From assembly GCA_964016885.1 (NCBI GenBank), contig OZ024743.1, positions 165,106,001 to 165,170,000 of the forward strand: 64,000 bases of DNA, given 5' to 3'. The first letter of the stretch is position 1; the number at the start of each line of letters is the position of its first letter. The stretch is from Eledone cirrhosa. Lineage: Eukaryota. Below are positions 19,238 to 32,857 of this stretch, piece by piece. The notes under the pieces are model-generated. The model saw only the letters and a program-made list of their open reading frames with translations, searched no databases and was not told where the DNA came from. A program made the translations under genes and the position numbers.

Positions 19238-21775
19238 TCATCATCATCATCATCATCGTTTAACGCCCATATTCCACGCTTGCATGGGTTTGGACGGGAG
19301 TTTTCCCACTTGAGGCAAAAGTGGTTGTCTTGCTCGCATAGGACTGTCTGGCGGGTTTTCTACGGCTGGATGCCCTTCCTAACACCAACCACATTTACAG
19401 TGTGGAACTAGGAGGTTTTTACCGTGTTACCTACACGGCCACATTACAGTGTGGACTGTGTGTTTTTTTGTCGTGACACCTACACAACCTCATTTGTTTC
19501 GGCCTGGATGTTGTGGTACCAACATAACATAACTTTACATTGAAAGGGGTGGTGTGGATGGGGTGGGGGTAGTGGGACAGGGATGTATTTTGTTAGAGGT
19601 GCCTACTGACTGTAGTAGGTTTTACTTTGTATTTAGGTAAGGCGGGTCTTCTCTATTACTGTGTAGCGCCAAAGATCTCGGTCCAGTGACAATGTCTTGG
19701 AGAGGTGTAAGTGTGTGAGGTCGGAATTTATCAAGTCGTCCCAGGTTTTTCTGGGTCTGCCTACTCCGTGGCTACCGTCTACTTTTATTGCCCTGCACTT
19801 TTTTATACAGCTTGTCGTCTTTCATGCGCATCACGTGACCATACCAACGTAGCCTTCTCTCGAGTAAACAACATCTGATCCCTCTTATTTCTAATTTTTC
19901 CCTTAGTTCGTTTATGCTTTGTCGTTCACGTATATTACTATTACACATCCAGCGGAGCATGCAAGCTTCGTTCCTCTCTAGTTTGCGTATATCCTCTGCA
20001 CACAATGCCCAGGTCTCACTGCCATGCAACATTGCTGTTCGTATGCAGGCATCATACAGCCTGCCTTTCATTTTTAGGGAGAACCCTTTCGCGGCTAATA
20101 GTGGTATAAGCTCTCTGAACTTTTTCCATCCAGTTCTGACTCTAGCTACTGTACTTTCAGAGCACCCTCCCCCACTGCTGATTTTGTCACCCAGGTAACG
20201 GAAGCTGTCCACTATTTCTATAGAACCATCTGTGCAATTGAAAGAGCTAGTATTCTGTGGGCACTTGCTGCTACTTATTGCACCAGAGCACCGGCCACAT
20301 ATAAAATCTATGTTCTTAGTTAGCTTACCTGTGATCCCACTACATCTTTTATTCACCCATACTTTGCATTTGGGACATAAAATGGAGTTTCTACCTACTC
20401 CTTTCCTACACACTGAGCATAGCCATTTCCAGGATGGGACGCGCCCTATTTTCCTTCCTACAAACTAGAACTTTAGTCTTAGACAGGTTAATTTTAAGGC
20501 CTTTTGATTCTAGGCCATGCTTCCATGTTTGGAATTTCTTCTCTAGTTTGGCCATTGATTTAGCTATGAGCGTTAGATCATCTGCGTATAGGAGTTCCCA
20601 TGGGCAGCCGGTCTTGAACTCCACTGTTATAGCCTGAAGGGCAATAATAAATAGTAGGGGGCTAAGAACGGAGCCCTGATGAACACCAACTTTTACGCTA
20701 AACTCTTCACTATATTCGTTGTTAATTCTAACCTTGCTGACTGTTTCTTTATACATGGCTTGTATAGCTCTCACAAGCCATTCATCAACACCTAGTTTTC
20801 TAAGAGCCCACCAGATAATGGAACAGGGGACTCTGTCGAAGGCTTTCTCCAAGTCGACAAAAGCTAAGTATAGGGGTTTACTTTTAGGTAGGTACTTCTC
20901 CTGTAGTTGTCGTACAATGAAAAGAGCGTCTGTGGTACTTTTGCCTGACACAAACCCGAACTGCATTTCATCTAGATCAATTCTCTCTCTGATTAGTTGC
21001 GCTATTACTTTTTCTGTGACCTTCATGACCTGATCGATTAATTTAATGCCTCTATAGTTACTCCTATCTAGGGCATCTCCTTTAACCTTGTAGCAGTTAA
21101 TGATGCTGCTGCTATGCCAGTCCTTCGGAACAACCCCATTCTGTATGACTTTGTTTACTATCCGGGTGACCATGGTGTGTCCCACCGTTCCAAAGGCTTT
21201 CAGCATTTCAGCAACTATTTCCGAAGGCCCAGCCGCCTTACCCGTCTTAATATCTTTGATTGCCTTACTTATTATACTACCTTCAACTAACACTGCTGGT
21301 CCCGCTATTGGGTCGATGTAGGGGAGACTGTCTTTCTCCCATTTATTCTCCTCATTTAGTAGCCTTTCGTAGTGACACTTCCAAGCTACCTTATCAGCGT
21401 CGGTGATGGCAAGTACACCATCATCATTAAGGACACACTTCTCCCCGACAATATCACGGTTTTCCTTGACACATTGCCTAGCAATCCTGAACACCTCACG
21501 TTTTTGGTCCTCGCGTTGTAGAACATGCTTGAACTTTCTTTCCTCTGCTTCCCTTCTTGCGAAGTACACTTGTCTCCTAGCTTCCCTCCTGGCCACTTGA
21601 TAGTCTTCTTTACTTCCCCCATACTTTCCAAGCCTGCTTTTTGGCCTTAATTGACTCCTCCACCTTACTGTTCCACCATCATGTTACTCTCCTCCTGCCT
21701 ATAGGCCTGCTCCAGCCACAGACTTCGTCTGCCGCCATCAGCAGGTTTGCTTTCAGGAATTCCCACTGTTCCTCT
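19238..21775 (-). mobile_element. RTE LINE, 5'-truncated, RT region largely intact (frameshift near 20410)
   Basis: ORFs 20406-21596 (AFVDLEKAFDRVP, GVHQGSVLSPLLF, LLYADDL) and 19772-20413 (Cys-rich segment, HGSETW, RRLRWYGHVMR), (GAT)n tail, candidate TSD ACTTCA (19232-19237 and 21776-21781). Confidence 0.95.
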
Positions 21776-22108
21776 ACTTCAGTTGTGTTAATGACATGAC
21801 AACCTCCCTAGTATTGGTGATCTACATGATAAATGCACCCAGTACACACTGTAAAGTGGTTGGTGATAGGAAGGTCATCCATTTGTAGAAAGCTTGACAA
21901 AGGGCTGGAAGGGCCCTTCAGTTGTATCAAAGTCATGATAATCTCTCTTAGTGCTGGTGTCATGATAAAATATACATGGTAGAATATGGGACTGTATTCC
22001 GGCCTGTCTGGGAGGTCAGTAGCCCCTCTTCAGTACTGAAGCAGTCTGTGAAGATCCATCCAACCCTTGCTATCAGAGAAAGCGGGCATTAAATGATGAT
22101 GATGATGT
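21776..22108 (+). repeat. Short interspersed repeat sharing the RTE 3' UTR motif (related copies at about 28670-28950 minus and 50700-51042 plus)
   Basis: CACACTGTAAAGTGGTTGGT...AGGAAGG motif and (GAT)n tail; similar to 50700-51042. Confidence 0.6.
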
Positions 22109-23127
22109 CTACTCCCAGTAGATATGAAGCCTATAAACAAGTGGTTGAATATTCATGCTTTACCAGAAGCAGACAGGGTCTTAAAACCAGCCCAGTCATC
22201 CTGTTGCACATTATGTTACTTATCTGAGAAAATATGAAACAGCCAAGGTGTATTCCATTTTTGTTTCAATCCTTGGGCAGTGACTATGACTTCAGTTTTT
22301 CATATTTTTTCAGTTTTTTTCTCCTATCCAGTGTTCCGTCTGGTATTGTCGAAATGCCCATTTGACCATACTGGTTCTCTACCTTACCTGATGACATTAA
22401 CAATATAATTGAGCTGATATAACTACAACTAGGAATTCAACGAGAAGCATATGTTGCATTCACAATATTTTTCTATACTTTGCTAGAAATTGGACAACAA
22501 AATATTTTGCTCTATTTAGCCAGACATTTAACATCAACGTTTAAAATACTTTGGTAGTACTGAAGTAAATTTATTAAAAAAATAAAAATTAAAAAAAAGG
22601 CCATTTGAGTATTTTTGTGATTTTAATGATGCAAAGGATGAAATCACAACTGTAGTTTTCAAAGTAAATTTCAGGTGAGTATATCTCATGGAACTTGAGT
22701 GGATATATACTTATTTATATATATATACCTTTTAAGGTCTGTAACAGACCATAGTATTTTTACAAGTTTTGGGTCCACTACCTGCTTTGAATACCCGAAA
22801 CATGAGTACTATTTTTTAATATAGAACACACTATTTATTGTTTTTTTGTCAAAATATAAAATGTAGCAAAGTAATTTAGAAAATAATCTTTGGTTATTTT
22901 ACATTGTTTGTATTGGACTACTGACTTCACTGTTGTACTGAGTTAAAACCTGACCACAACCATTGTGTTGTACCTGATAGATAATACATAGATCTCTTTA
23001 CTTCCATCTGCCTCAAAAACAATAAGTCCTACAAAAACATCTAGCTGTACAGTCACTTGTACCAACAGTATACAAATTTTCAAAATAAAAAAATACAAAA
23101 ATAAAACTATCCTTTCCATACTAGCTA

Positions 23128-23390
23128 TGAAGGCATGTAGCTTAGTGGTTAAGGTGTTCATCTCATGATTATATGGTCATGAGTTCAATTCCTGGTAATG
23201 TGTTGTGTCCTTGAGAAAAACACTTTATTTCATTTGCTCTAGTCCATGCAGAGCCAGCTGTTTAACACAGAATCTTCCAAAGAACTACATTAAGGGTGCA
23301 TGTGTCTGTGGAACGCTCAGCAACTTGCATGTTAATTTCACAAGCAGGCTTGTTCCATTGTTCAAACAACTGGAATTGAAGGAGGTCCAA
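23128..23390 (+). mobile_element. tRNA-derived SINE (related copies at about 25905-26095 minus and 36608-36700 plus)
   Basis: A box TAGCTTAGTGG and B box GAGTTCAATTCC, followed by a GTGTCCTTGAG core. Confidence 0.65.
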
Positions 23391-24017
23391 CACACACACC
23401 ATACTAGTATTTAAAAAAATGGATATAAAATATTGAATTGAAAAAAAAGAACATTACTTTTAACATTGGTATGAAAATGTCAGGTATTATTAGTAATGTC
23501 CTGTATTTGGATTTCATCATCAACTGAGTACCAGATTGGCAAAATTGGTAGAACATCAGAAAAAAATGTCTTGTGGTATTTGTTTTGACTCTTTACATTC
23601 TGAGTTTAAATCTCAATGAAGTCAACTTTACCTTTCATCCTTCCAGGGTTGATAAAATCAAGACCAAAAACAAGTGTCTTTCATAAGAAATATGGTAATG
23701 AGAGAGTTAAAATGGATGAATATAATACCTTTGTAAGTTATATGAAGTTATATAGATAGAAAGTTCTGATTTTTATGCCTGTGTAACCTTTTAGTTTCAT
23801 CTATAGGTCTAATTTCTTTCTCTACAAATTCTTCTTTATATTATCATCACTATTTAATGTCCATTTTTTTCATGCTTGCATGGGTCAGACACACCGTCTG
23901 CATTGAGAGACAAGTCTGGTTAGGATTGGCCTTGCTGTACCTTGCTCTGACTGGACTGTAAATTTGGCCGGGGTTTTTACAGCTGGATGCCCTTTGTAAC
24001 ACCAACTACATTTACAG

Positions 24018-24049
<32 letters not shown>

Positions 24050-26095
24050 AATAAGCAACTAGGACCGTCAAATACATAAATCTGAATGTTGTTATACCTA
24101 GAACAAATCAAAGTAATTATTGAATGTCCCAATACGTAAATAATATACTCTGAAAACCAAACCAACAATAAACAAAATATCTAGTGGTTAAGACCATCAA
24201 ATGCCAAACTTGTAACTAATACACTCATTAAAACAAAGCTAATAATGAACTAAGTGTCTATGTTAGAACTAAGACATCCTCTATATCCCTATCTCAGACA
24301 TCATCCATATTTCCCAACACCTAACCTGTTCTAAATATGAGTATGGGGAAGATGGACTTTTTCAAGCTGCAGCCATTATATTACTTAGTTTATGTATAAG
24401 AATAAACACTAAACAATAAATATTGTTATCTATATATCAATATTTCCACACATCTAACATAGAGTGTTTATTTCTCTTTTAACTGATCTGTCAGGTAAGC
24501 TGTTTTCTCTGATAAGGCTTCCATGTTACCATCCTAAGATTTATTCAATCTAAATTATATTTATTTATTTGACTATTTGTCATATTTATGTTTCCATGTC
24601 AACATAGTAGGAAAAGTTTGTTTTTTTAAATTTTGGAATTTGCATGATGTCAGACGACTGCTGTTTTTACCCACTTCTATCTTCTAATGAGTGACTAAAC
24701 CAGAGAGTAGGCCTTCCTTTCTTGTGCAATGAGATGGACAAATAATAAGAGGGAGGAGAAGGATAGTATTGGACTGATACTTTATTTATCAACCCTGAAA
24801 CAGTTCTATATAAACAAGACACGGTCACCTGACCCAACTTGCCTCAAATGGGACAACCCATCTAACCCAGGCTAGCGTGGAAAGTGGACAGTAAATGATG
24901 ATGATGATGATGATGATGAAAGAATAAAAAAGGCAAAGTTGACCTTAGTAAAGATTGAACTCAGAGTGAGTGTGGAGAACTGAAACAAATACTGCAAGAC
25001 ATTTTCTCCACTACCCTAAAAACTCTTCCAATTCAGGCAGACTAAGGTAAAAATATTTAATGTACATTGCATAGTAGGACAAAATACATTGGTTAAAACA
25101 AGGTTTAAAGTATGTATACTGCATAGAACAACACAAAACATTGGTTAAAACAAGGTTTACACTCAGGACCCAACATTAAAAAATTTTTTTAAAAATAAAA
25201 CTACACATATATAAAAGCATGCACAACACACACACACACACACATAGTTTTAAGATTAATATATATTAGTTGTAGAAAATGACAATGATCTATTCCAAGA
25301 GGCAACTGATGAGATTGATAGATGCTTTTATTCCATCATCCTTCACTCTGTATGTTTCCCGTGTGCAAGTGTTTTCCATATATATATTTATATGTATATA
25401 CACACATACCTTTTACTTTTGTACAGTATATTGTATGTATCTGGTTTAGAATAGGTACAGTGTATCCCTACTAAAAGGGTTGACACCAGAAAGGGCACCT
25501 GACCATAAAACTTTGCTTCAAAAAGGATTCCATGATAGGCTTCAAGCTTTACATGAGATCTGCAAGATTAAATAGCAGAGGATAATGGCCTTAAAACACT
25601 TCTATTTAGTTTTGTACAGTGGATTTTGTGTGTGTGAGGGAGCACATGATGGCATAGTAGATCATAGAAACATTGTGACTATCAACTGCTTAGGGGTAAT
25701 CAAGAGAACTACAAAGAGTCAATTACATATACTGCTGTCAAACACACACTGACATGTGCATGCATGCACACACACACACACACACAGAAAAGAAAGTGAG
25801 GATAGAATATTTACAATGAAATACAAGCTTGTATATATACACAAACACTCACATATGTGCATACATATAAAATACATACATATCTGAAAATGGTGTGTCT
25901 CTAGCTGAGTGACTTATCAGATTGTAGCTTGTCCCAGTTTGATTGGTATTTAGTGACAGCATATAAGACTTTCTCCTGGACAGGACACTAGTCCATCTCA
26001 GGGTTAACTTCCAACTACTGCTGGTACTCCTTCTCAGCTGAGTTGACAGGAGCAATATGAGATGAAGTATTTTACTCAAGAACACAATGTGCTAC

Positions 26096-26127
<32 letters not shown>

Positions 26128-26654
26128 TAAATAAATACATGTATACAAATATCAAGCAAAATCTTATTTGGTTCTAAGTCATAGATGGCAGTGATATATC
26201 CTTGAGAAATAAATAAAGGTCACAACAAAATATATTTACAATGAAATATAAAACATACAAACATACTGTCTCACCTATCACCTTCCCATTAAAAACACAC
26301 ACTTTTACCCAACTCCATACATACAAACATACATACAAACATACATACAAACATACATACATACAAACATACATACAAACAAATCCCTCACAAAATAATT
26401 AATTTAATACTTTTTTTATCATTGTTTGAGTTATATATCAGTTATATAAATCATGCATCATACATAGATTCATTATTTTCGTTCTGTTCACCAGTAGCAG
26501 AAGTATTTAAGAGTGATATATGGCTGTTGGTGTTCCTGAAACAGACAGAGACATAGTTAGAAAAAACAAAAAAATCATAAAAAGCAAAAATTAATAGAGT
26601 ACAACAACAACAAGTGGTTTTAGGCAAACATAAATAAATCAGATAGGATAGAAG

Positions 26655-26960
26655 TTTAGAGAGCTACTCTCACTGTTGACAACAAAAGGCTTCTACCTAT
26701 GAACAATAGGACAACTGTATGATGCCTGTGTGCAAAGTGTGATGCTGCATGGTAGTGAAACATGGGCAGTAACTGCAGAAGACATATGTAGGCTGGAGAG
26801 AAATGAAGCAACCATGCTTCATTGAATGTGCAATGTAAATGTGAGGGAGAAGCTGAGTTTAAGAGGAATCTGAAGTGGTATGCAGGAGAGAAGACTGCAT
26901 TGCTATGGACATGTGATGGGCATGGATAATGATCAATGGGTGAAGAAGTGCCAATAATCA
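26655..26960 (+). mobile_element. Degenerate RTE LINE fragment
   Basis: MLHGSETWAVTAEDICRLERNEATML, homologous to the RTE at 19238-21775. Confidence 0.75.
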
Positions 26961-27269
26961 CTGAACCTGTTAGAAATAACAGCCCAATCTCTGTAATCAT
27001 ACCTTACCATCTTGGAAAAGGATACATTTGATTATCTGGTCATGGGTGATTGGATATGGGGGAAAATGGAAGGATCCAGCAGGAGTAGCGGGGGACAACT
27101 GCCAATGTACATTTCTGGCTCTGCCCGTTATCAGGACAGTGCTTTCCCTGCTCTCTGCTGGAATTTGAAAGGCAAAAATATATATATGCACACACATACG
27201 TATATATATATATGTGCCCACCCTAGATCAACCTCTATAATCACCATGTATCTCCCCCACCCCGGCCCC

Positions 27270-27590
27270 TAGTCCACACTGTAAAGTGGTTGTTTCTGGT
27301 GCCACAACAAGAAGCACCCAGTCCACACCGTAAAGTGGTCGTGTAGGTGTCACAACAAAAAGCACTCAATCCACGCTATAAAATGGTCAGGCAGATGTCA
27401 TGACAAAAAAGCAACCAGTCCACACTGTATAGTGGTCGTGTTGGTGTCACGAGAAAAAAGTCTGAGTCCACTCTGTAAATGTGGTTAGTGTTAGAAATGG
27501 AAATCAAACCAAAAATCAGTCCAGCAAGACATGGTCATCCGATCTGGCTTGGCTTACAACTGGACAACCGATCTAACCCATGCTAGCAAG
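27270..27590 (+). repeat. RTE-type 3' UTR repeat with about five tandem units of about 49 bp
   Basis: Repeated CCAGTCCACACTGTAAAGTGGTCGTG...ACAAAAAGCAC units ending in the RTE-type tail. Confidence 0.75.
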
Positions 27591-27895
27591 GGCTGGATGG
27601 GTCATACACAGACCAAGTCAGTTCTTCAATTAAACCACTAACCTCTCAGATGGGTTGCATGCCACATTACTTATTAAGTAAACTAATGCTAACAGTGAAA
27701 TGGTGAAAAGAAATTGTCAATTAGATGATTACCACAGTAAGATCTCTTGTAGTAATGCAAGATTACATACAAATAGATTTACCCTAATTACTATAAATTT
27801 ACACATGTGCACACACACACACATTGTTGACAACCCTATCTTATCATCTACATAAAAACTATAAACTATATCATAAGAAAAAGTGTTTGCCATAC

Positions 27896-27987
27896 TTTAC
27901 AGAACTGTTCTCGTTTTTATTGGATTCATTCAGTAGAAAGACATTTTCACTTGCAATTTCTCGATGTTTCATTTGTAAATGCATTAG
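27896..27987 (-). CDS. SCLT1: SCLT1-like exon (LMHLQMKHREIASENVFLLNESNKNENSSV)
   Basis: tttttcag acceptor in phase 0 after the 29712 donor. The 3' end is uncertain: AA|gtatgg donor at 27896, or read-through to a stop at 27871. Confidence 0.65.
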
Positions 27988-29711
27988 CTGAAAAATATAA
28001 ATAATAAATATATATATAAATAGTACTTTCCAAGTATTTTTTCTATTAGTCTTTACATCCATTCATTCTATGCTAGCATGACTCAAATATGTTGGGTGGG
28101 GGTGGGGTTCTAATGGAGTAATTATTTTTAATTTGGTCAACATCAACATAGCCTCTCTGTTTTTATAGTAGCAGAAGGCTATACATTTGTAAGAGAAGTG
28201 TTGGGATCAAGTCAGTGTGCATTCCTGATACTTATTTCACTGATCTCAGAAACATGTATAGATGATAATCCTATTAAAAGAATTGGAACACAAAGACTTG
28301 CAACTATTTAAGAGGCACGTTAACCGTGTTAATCTCACCAATTTCAAAGGGCCGTCTAAACAGAATCATAAGTCTCATGACAAAGCAATGCATTGGAACC
28401 CTTACAAACACAACAGCATATAAAAATTAGCATTGAGTTTATAGACCCTGTGAGACTTCTAGCAACTGCCCAATGTTGATGCTTTCAGATAGCCCTGCCT
28501 GCAAAAGCCATGGGCATATCACTATTCTTCATACCAAACCAGTAAAAGAAAAAAAATGTAGCTGGAGTAAGAAATAGAAGAAAGAAATTTAGGTTGTAAG
28601 TGCTTCTATTGGCAACAAAGGTTTTCTTTCTATGTGCAAAAGAAAGACTATTAAATACATATACATATATCATCATCATCCTCATCATCATCGTTATTTT
28701 AATGTCCACTTTCCCTGGTAGCAAAGGTTAGACATATCTACACAGATCAAGTCAGTACTGAAGCAGGGCTACTGATCTCCCAAACAGAGCAGAGATATGA
28801 GTCGTGCTTATGTATGGTCTCATATTCTATCGAGTGCACAGGAGAGGGTGTTATGTCTTTGACACAACTGAGGGTCTTCCCAACCCTTTGTTTGGCAAGC
28901 TTGCTAGGGCTGGATGCCCTTCCTATCACCAACCTCTTTACAGCATGTAATGTTACATGGTAATGAAACATGGGTGTTGAATGTGGAAGATCTGCTGAAG
29001 TTAGGGAGAATTGGGGTATGATCCAATGAATATATAATTATTAAACTGTGTGAAAGGTAGTGTATGAGCTGAGAGAGAAACTGAGCATTAACCCTTTCAT
29101 TACCACATTTTGAATAAAAGACACTGCCTGTAGTTTTCAAAGCATTCTGAAAATAATCAAAATTTTGAAGAGATTTAGTAATATAACTATCTTTCTTGTT
29201 ATCAAACTGGCGTTTGGAACATAACTTAACAAAGGCTCTTAAATAAAATTATGATGGAATTTAAAAAAATAAATATAAACACTTTAAAATAAACAGTTTT
29301 GTATCATAGAACCAGAGACAGTTTTAGGTGATTTGGTATGATAAGTGTTAAAAGTAACAGTTGACATGTGCAAGTGTGGACAAGATTTGGATAGACATGT
29401 GATGAGAATGAATGACAAGTGTTGAGTGAAAAAGTGCTGCTGCTGTCAGTGGAGGATATCTGAAGAAGTAGTGAAGTTAAATCTCAGGAAATTGAGTCTC
29501 ACAGAAATTTTAAAAGATTGAGATGGTTGGTGATATGTTATATGGCAAAGCCATCTAAACCATAGGAAAAAAATACAAATGTTAAAATATTGTTTTTGAT
29601 AATGATAATAAGAGGAGGAGGGGGATAACAAGCTAATTCGAAACACTGATGAGATCTAGGTAAGTAATATTTACTTCATTTCACAGATCATCTCCTTTTT
29701 CTCCAACTCAC

Positions 29712-29807
29712 CTTGCGTTCTGATTCCATAGATCTATCTTGAGCTGCTCTTAAATGACTTTCCATTCTCTGGATTTTGACAGTGTAATCTTTCAAAACTT
29801 GTCCACT
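29712..29807 (-). CDS. SCLT1: SCLT1-like exon (SGQVLKDYTVKIQRMESHLRAAQDRSMESERK)
   Basis: tttag acceptor and AAG|gtgagt donor, 96 nt, phase 0-0. Resembles the vertebrate SCLT1 C-terminus as remembered (NEKLILEHQEKANRLQRRLSQAEERA). Confidence 0.85.
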
Positions 29808-30014
29808 CTAAATTGGGGAGAAAGAGAAAGAGAAAGAGAAAGAGAAAAAAAAACAAAAACAAATAGAAACAATTAATACATTAAATTAGCAGGTATGAAG
29901 GTGTGTGTGTGGAGGAGGAAGAACTGCAGATGGAGGGGATGTTCAGCTGGATCTAGGGAATCATATTAAAATGGAAGGTGGGAACATTTTTTGTTGCCTA
30001 GGTAATATGATGAA

Positions 30015-30556
30015 TGGTAGGAAGGACATCCAGCAGCCGTAAAAACTCAGCCAACTCACAGACCTGATATGTGCAAGGTATGGCACAGCCATCTGGCCAG
30101 ACTTGTCTCATAACAGGACCACCCAGCTCCATACTATAAACATGGTTGGTATTAGGAAGGGCATGCAGATGCAAAAGTCACAGCCAAAACATGGTCCCGT
30201 TTGAGCAAGGTATGATGTGGCTAACTAGCTAGACTTGTCTCACAATGGTGCCACCCAATTCTACACTGTAAATGTGATTGGTGTTAGGAAGGGCCTCCAG
30301 CAGCCATAAAAACCCAGCCAATCTCAGTCCCGATATGTGCAAGGTATAGTGTGGCCATCAGGCCAGACCCTCCTCATAATGGGACCACCCAGTTCCACAC
30401 TGTAAAAGTGGTTGGTGTTAGGAAGGATATCCAGCTGTAAAAAACCCAGTCAAAATACAGTTCTGTTTGAACAACTGGCCAGACTTGTCTCTTAACATGG
30501 ATGACCCATCTAACCCATGCAAGCATGGAAAATAGATGTTAAACGGGGATGATGAT
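30015..30556 (+). repeat. Tandem array of about four 130-bp RTE-3'UTR-related units
   Basis: Repeated GGTGTTAGGAAGGGCATCCAG...GCAAGGTATG...GCCAGACTTGTCTCA...CCACCCAG units with a terminal (GAT)n. Confidence 0.75.
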
Positions 30557-32283
30557 GGATTGGACTTGTTAGTTAAGTGTGATGTACATGGAAGAAGTTC
30601 CAGTAACTGAGTGACATGCTAATGAGGAGGGGAGTGTTGCTGAAACTGAAGGAAAAGATGTGTTTCATATGTGAGAAGTATCATGATTTATGGGAGAGGA
30701 CATAGCAAATTGAGATGGAAAGAACAGAATTAAGAATGATACAGTGGATGAGTGGAGTATCACTGAGTGAAAAAAAAATAATGAATTGCAGAGGATGATG
30801 GGAATAGAGTCAGCAATGAATATTGTGAAGAGAAATGGAATGAGATGGTTGGGTCATGTGTTGAGGAAGGATGAAAGTGACTGGGTGAGAAGAGTGATGG
30901 AAATGAATGTGGAAGGAAGTAGAAGGATGGAAAAACCAAAGAAGACATGACTACTGGAGGAGGAAATGAAAGCCAGGTAATTGATGGAGGGGGATACAGA
31001 TAATAGGGAAAATAGAGAAGCTTGTCATGAAGCATTGCAGATATGACCATCGATTTAAGAGTATTAAGGAATGCATTATCTAATGTGTCCTTCCTTATTT
31101 ATGACTGTGGAGCATCATTTTAGGGAAATTTGGCTGCTATTTGTTACAGGTCAACAAACTATGTAGAGGCTCTCTCTTTGGCTCAAAACTAATAATGACG
31201 GTGGAAGTAGTGGTGGTGACGATGGTAATGACGATATCATATCTGTTTCATTTATTTTCAGTTAGGACCATCAGGAATCTTGACTAATTCAATGGTGGTA
31301 TATGAACTCACAACTCTTCAGTAGTGAAGCTGAAACTGTTCATTTATACATTAACCTGATATAGTGCCAAAAAAAAAAAAAAAATACTGAAGTTCTGAGA
31401 AGGCAAACGTCTTTTTCAGTTTAATTCTTTTGATATCAAACTGCCTGGAACTGCCCCTGATTCTATGATACAAAACTGTTTGTTTACATTTATCTAAAAA
31501 CTTTCCATTATAATTTTAAGTAAAAATCTTTCTTAAGTTATGTTCCAAACACCAGCTTAATAATGAGAAAGTTAACTATTAAATCCCTGCAATGTTTTTA
31601 AGAAAGAAGTAGAAACTACCAAACACATGACCCCCCAACATTTCAACAACATTCAGACACATTGAGGTATCTGATCCTAGTTTCCTCCACACACACTGAT
31701 ATGTCATTGATAAAGCCCTATGTAAAGATGTGAAGTTCAAAATTTGAAAACATCTTAAGAATTTCAGTTATTAAAAATATTGAAAACCACTATCTTTTTT
31801 TGAGTGAATAATCTTGTTTACCTCACATGGCACAGAAATCTTGTCAAGTGGCTCTTCAGTAGTAGTTTTGACAGATTATGCTTTGAATCTGTAAATGCCA
31901 TGAAGCTAGAGCTTCTAAATGGTCATGCATTATGGTTGAAAATCTAACAAATTCTACTCACAAGTTATTGGTCAATCTGTGGCTAAAATGAGACTTACCC
32001 CAAGAGTCATATGATTCATCCTAGAAATCTTCTTAACCATACAGCCATACTACAGTTACATATTGATGTTTGGATAATATTAATCCAGGAATATTGGGTG
32101 TTAAATTTCCTTGGGATCCCTTAATCTGTATGTATAGCACACATGGCACTATCTTTGTCTGGGCATAGTTGCAAAATACAAACACACAAATACATTTCTT
32201 CCATGCTCATTATACTATATTAAACAATGATATGATCAACTCTGAAAGATAAAATAATTTGTTCTTGTAGATTTTTTAATTAC

Positions 32284-32422
32284 CTCTGTCATTTTTACTT
32301 GACTCTCTTGTAAGGAAGACTTTAATTCAGAATTGCGAGATTTATAACGCTTCAACTCAGTACGCAGCTGTGCTATTTTTTCATCATATTTCTTTGAAAT
32401 TGTGCTGCATTCATCTTTCCAT
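32284..32422 (-). CDS. SCLT1: SCLT1-like exon (R-WKDECSTISKKYDEKIAQLRTELKRYKSRNSELKSSLQESQVKMTE)
   Basis: cag acceptor and GAG|gtaatt donor, phase 2-0, matching its neighbours. Resembles SCLT1 RWKEETKKLTESAEIRINNLKSELSRQK. Confidence 0.9.
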
Positions 32423-32857
32423 CTGCCACACAAGAATATGTAATGAAATGAAAATGAAATTGTTTTAATGGAAAGGGACTCAGCCCTATCGTATGTGTGT
32501 GTGAGTGTATATATATATATATATGTATTTTTTTGTGCATGGTTTCTATGGCTGTAGGCCCTTCCTAACAGCAACCACATGACAGAGTAGACCAGGTGCT
32601 TTTTTTGTGTCACCAGCACAACTACTTTACAATATGGGTTGGGTACATTTTATCATGGCACTAGTACTACCACTTTACAGAGTGTTTTGCATGCTTTTTA
32701 TGGTCACCAATACTTACATAAATTAACTAACTAAATTAATTAATAAACAATAAGGCAAAATCCTCAATACAATTCTTTTAATTTCTGACTGGTGCCATAT
32801 GTTTTGTACATGTGTGTCTAGACCTTAGATAGTCAGTGAGTCATTTGTTGGTGTTGT

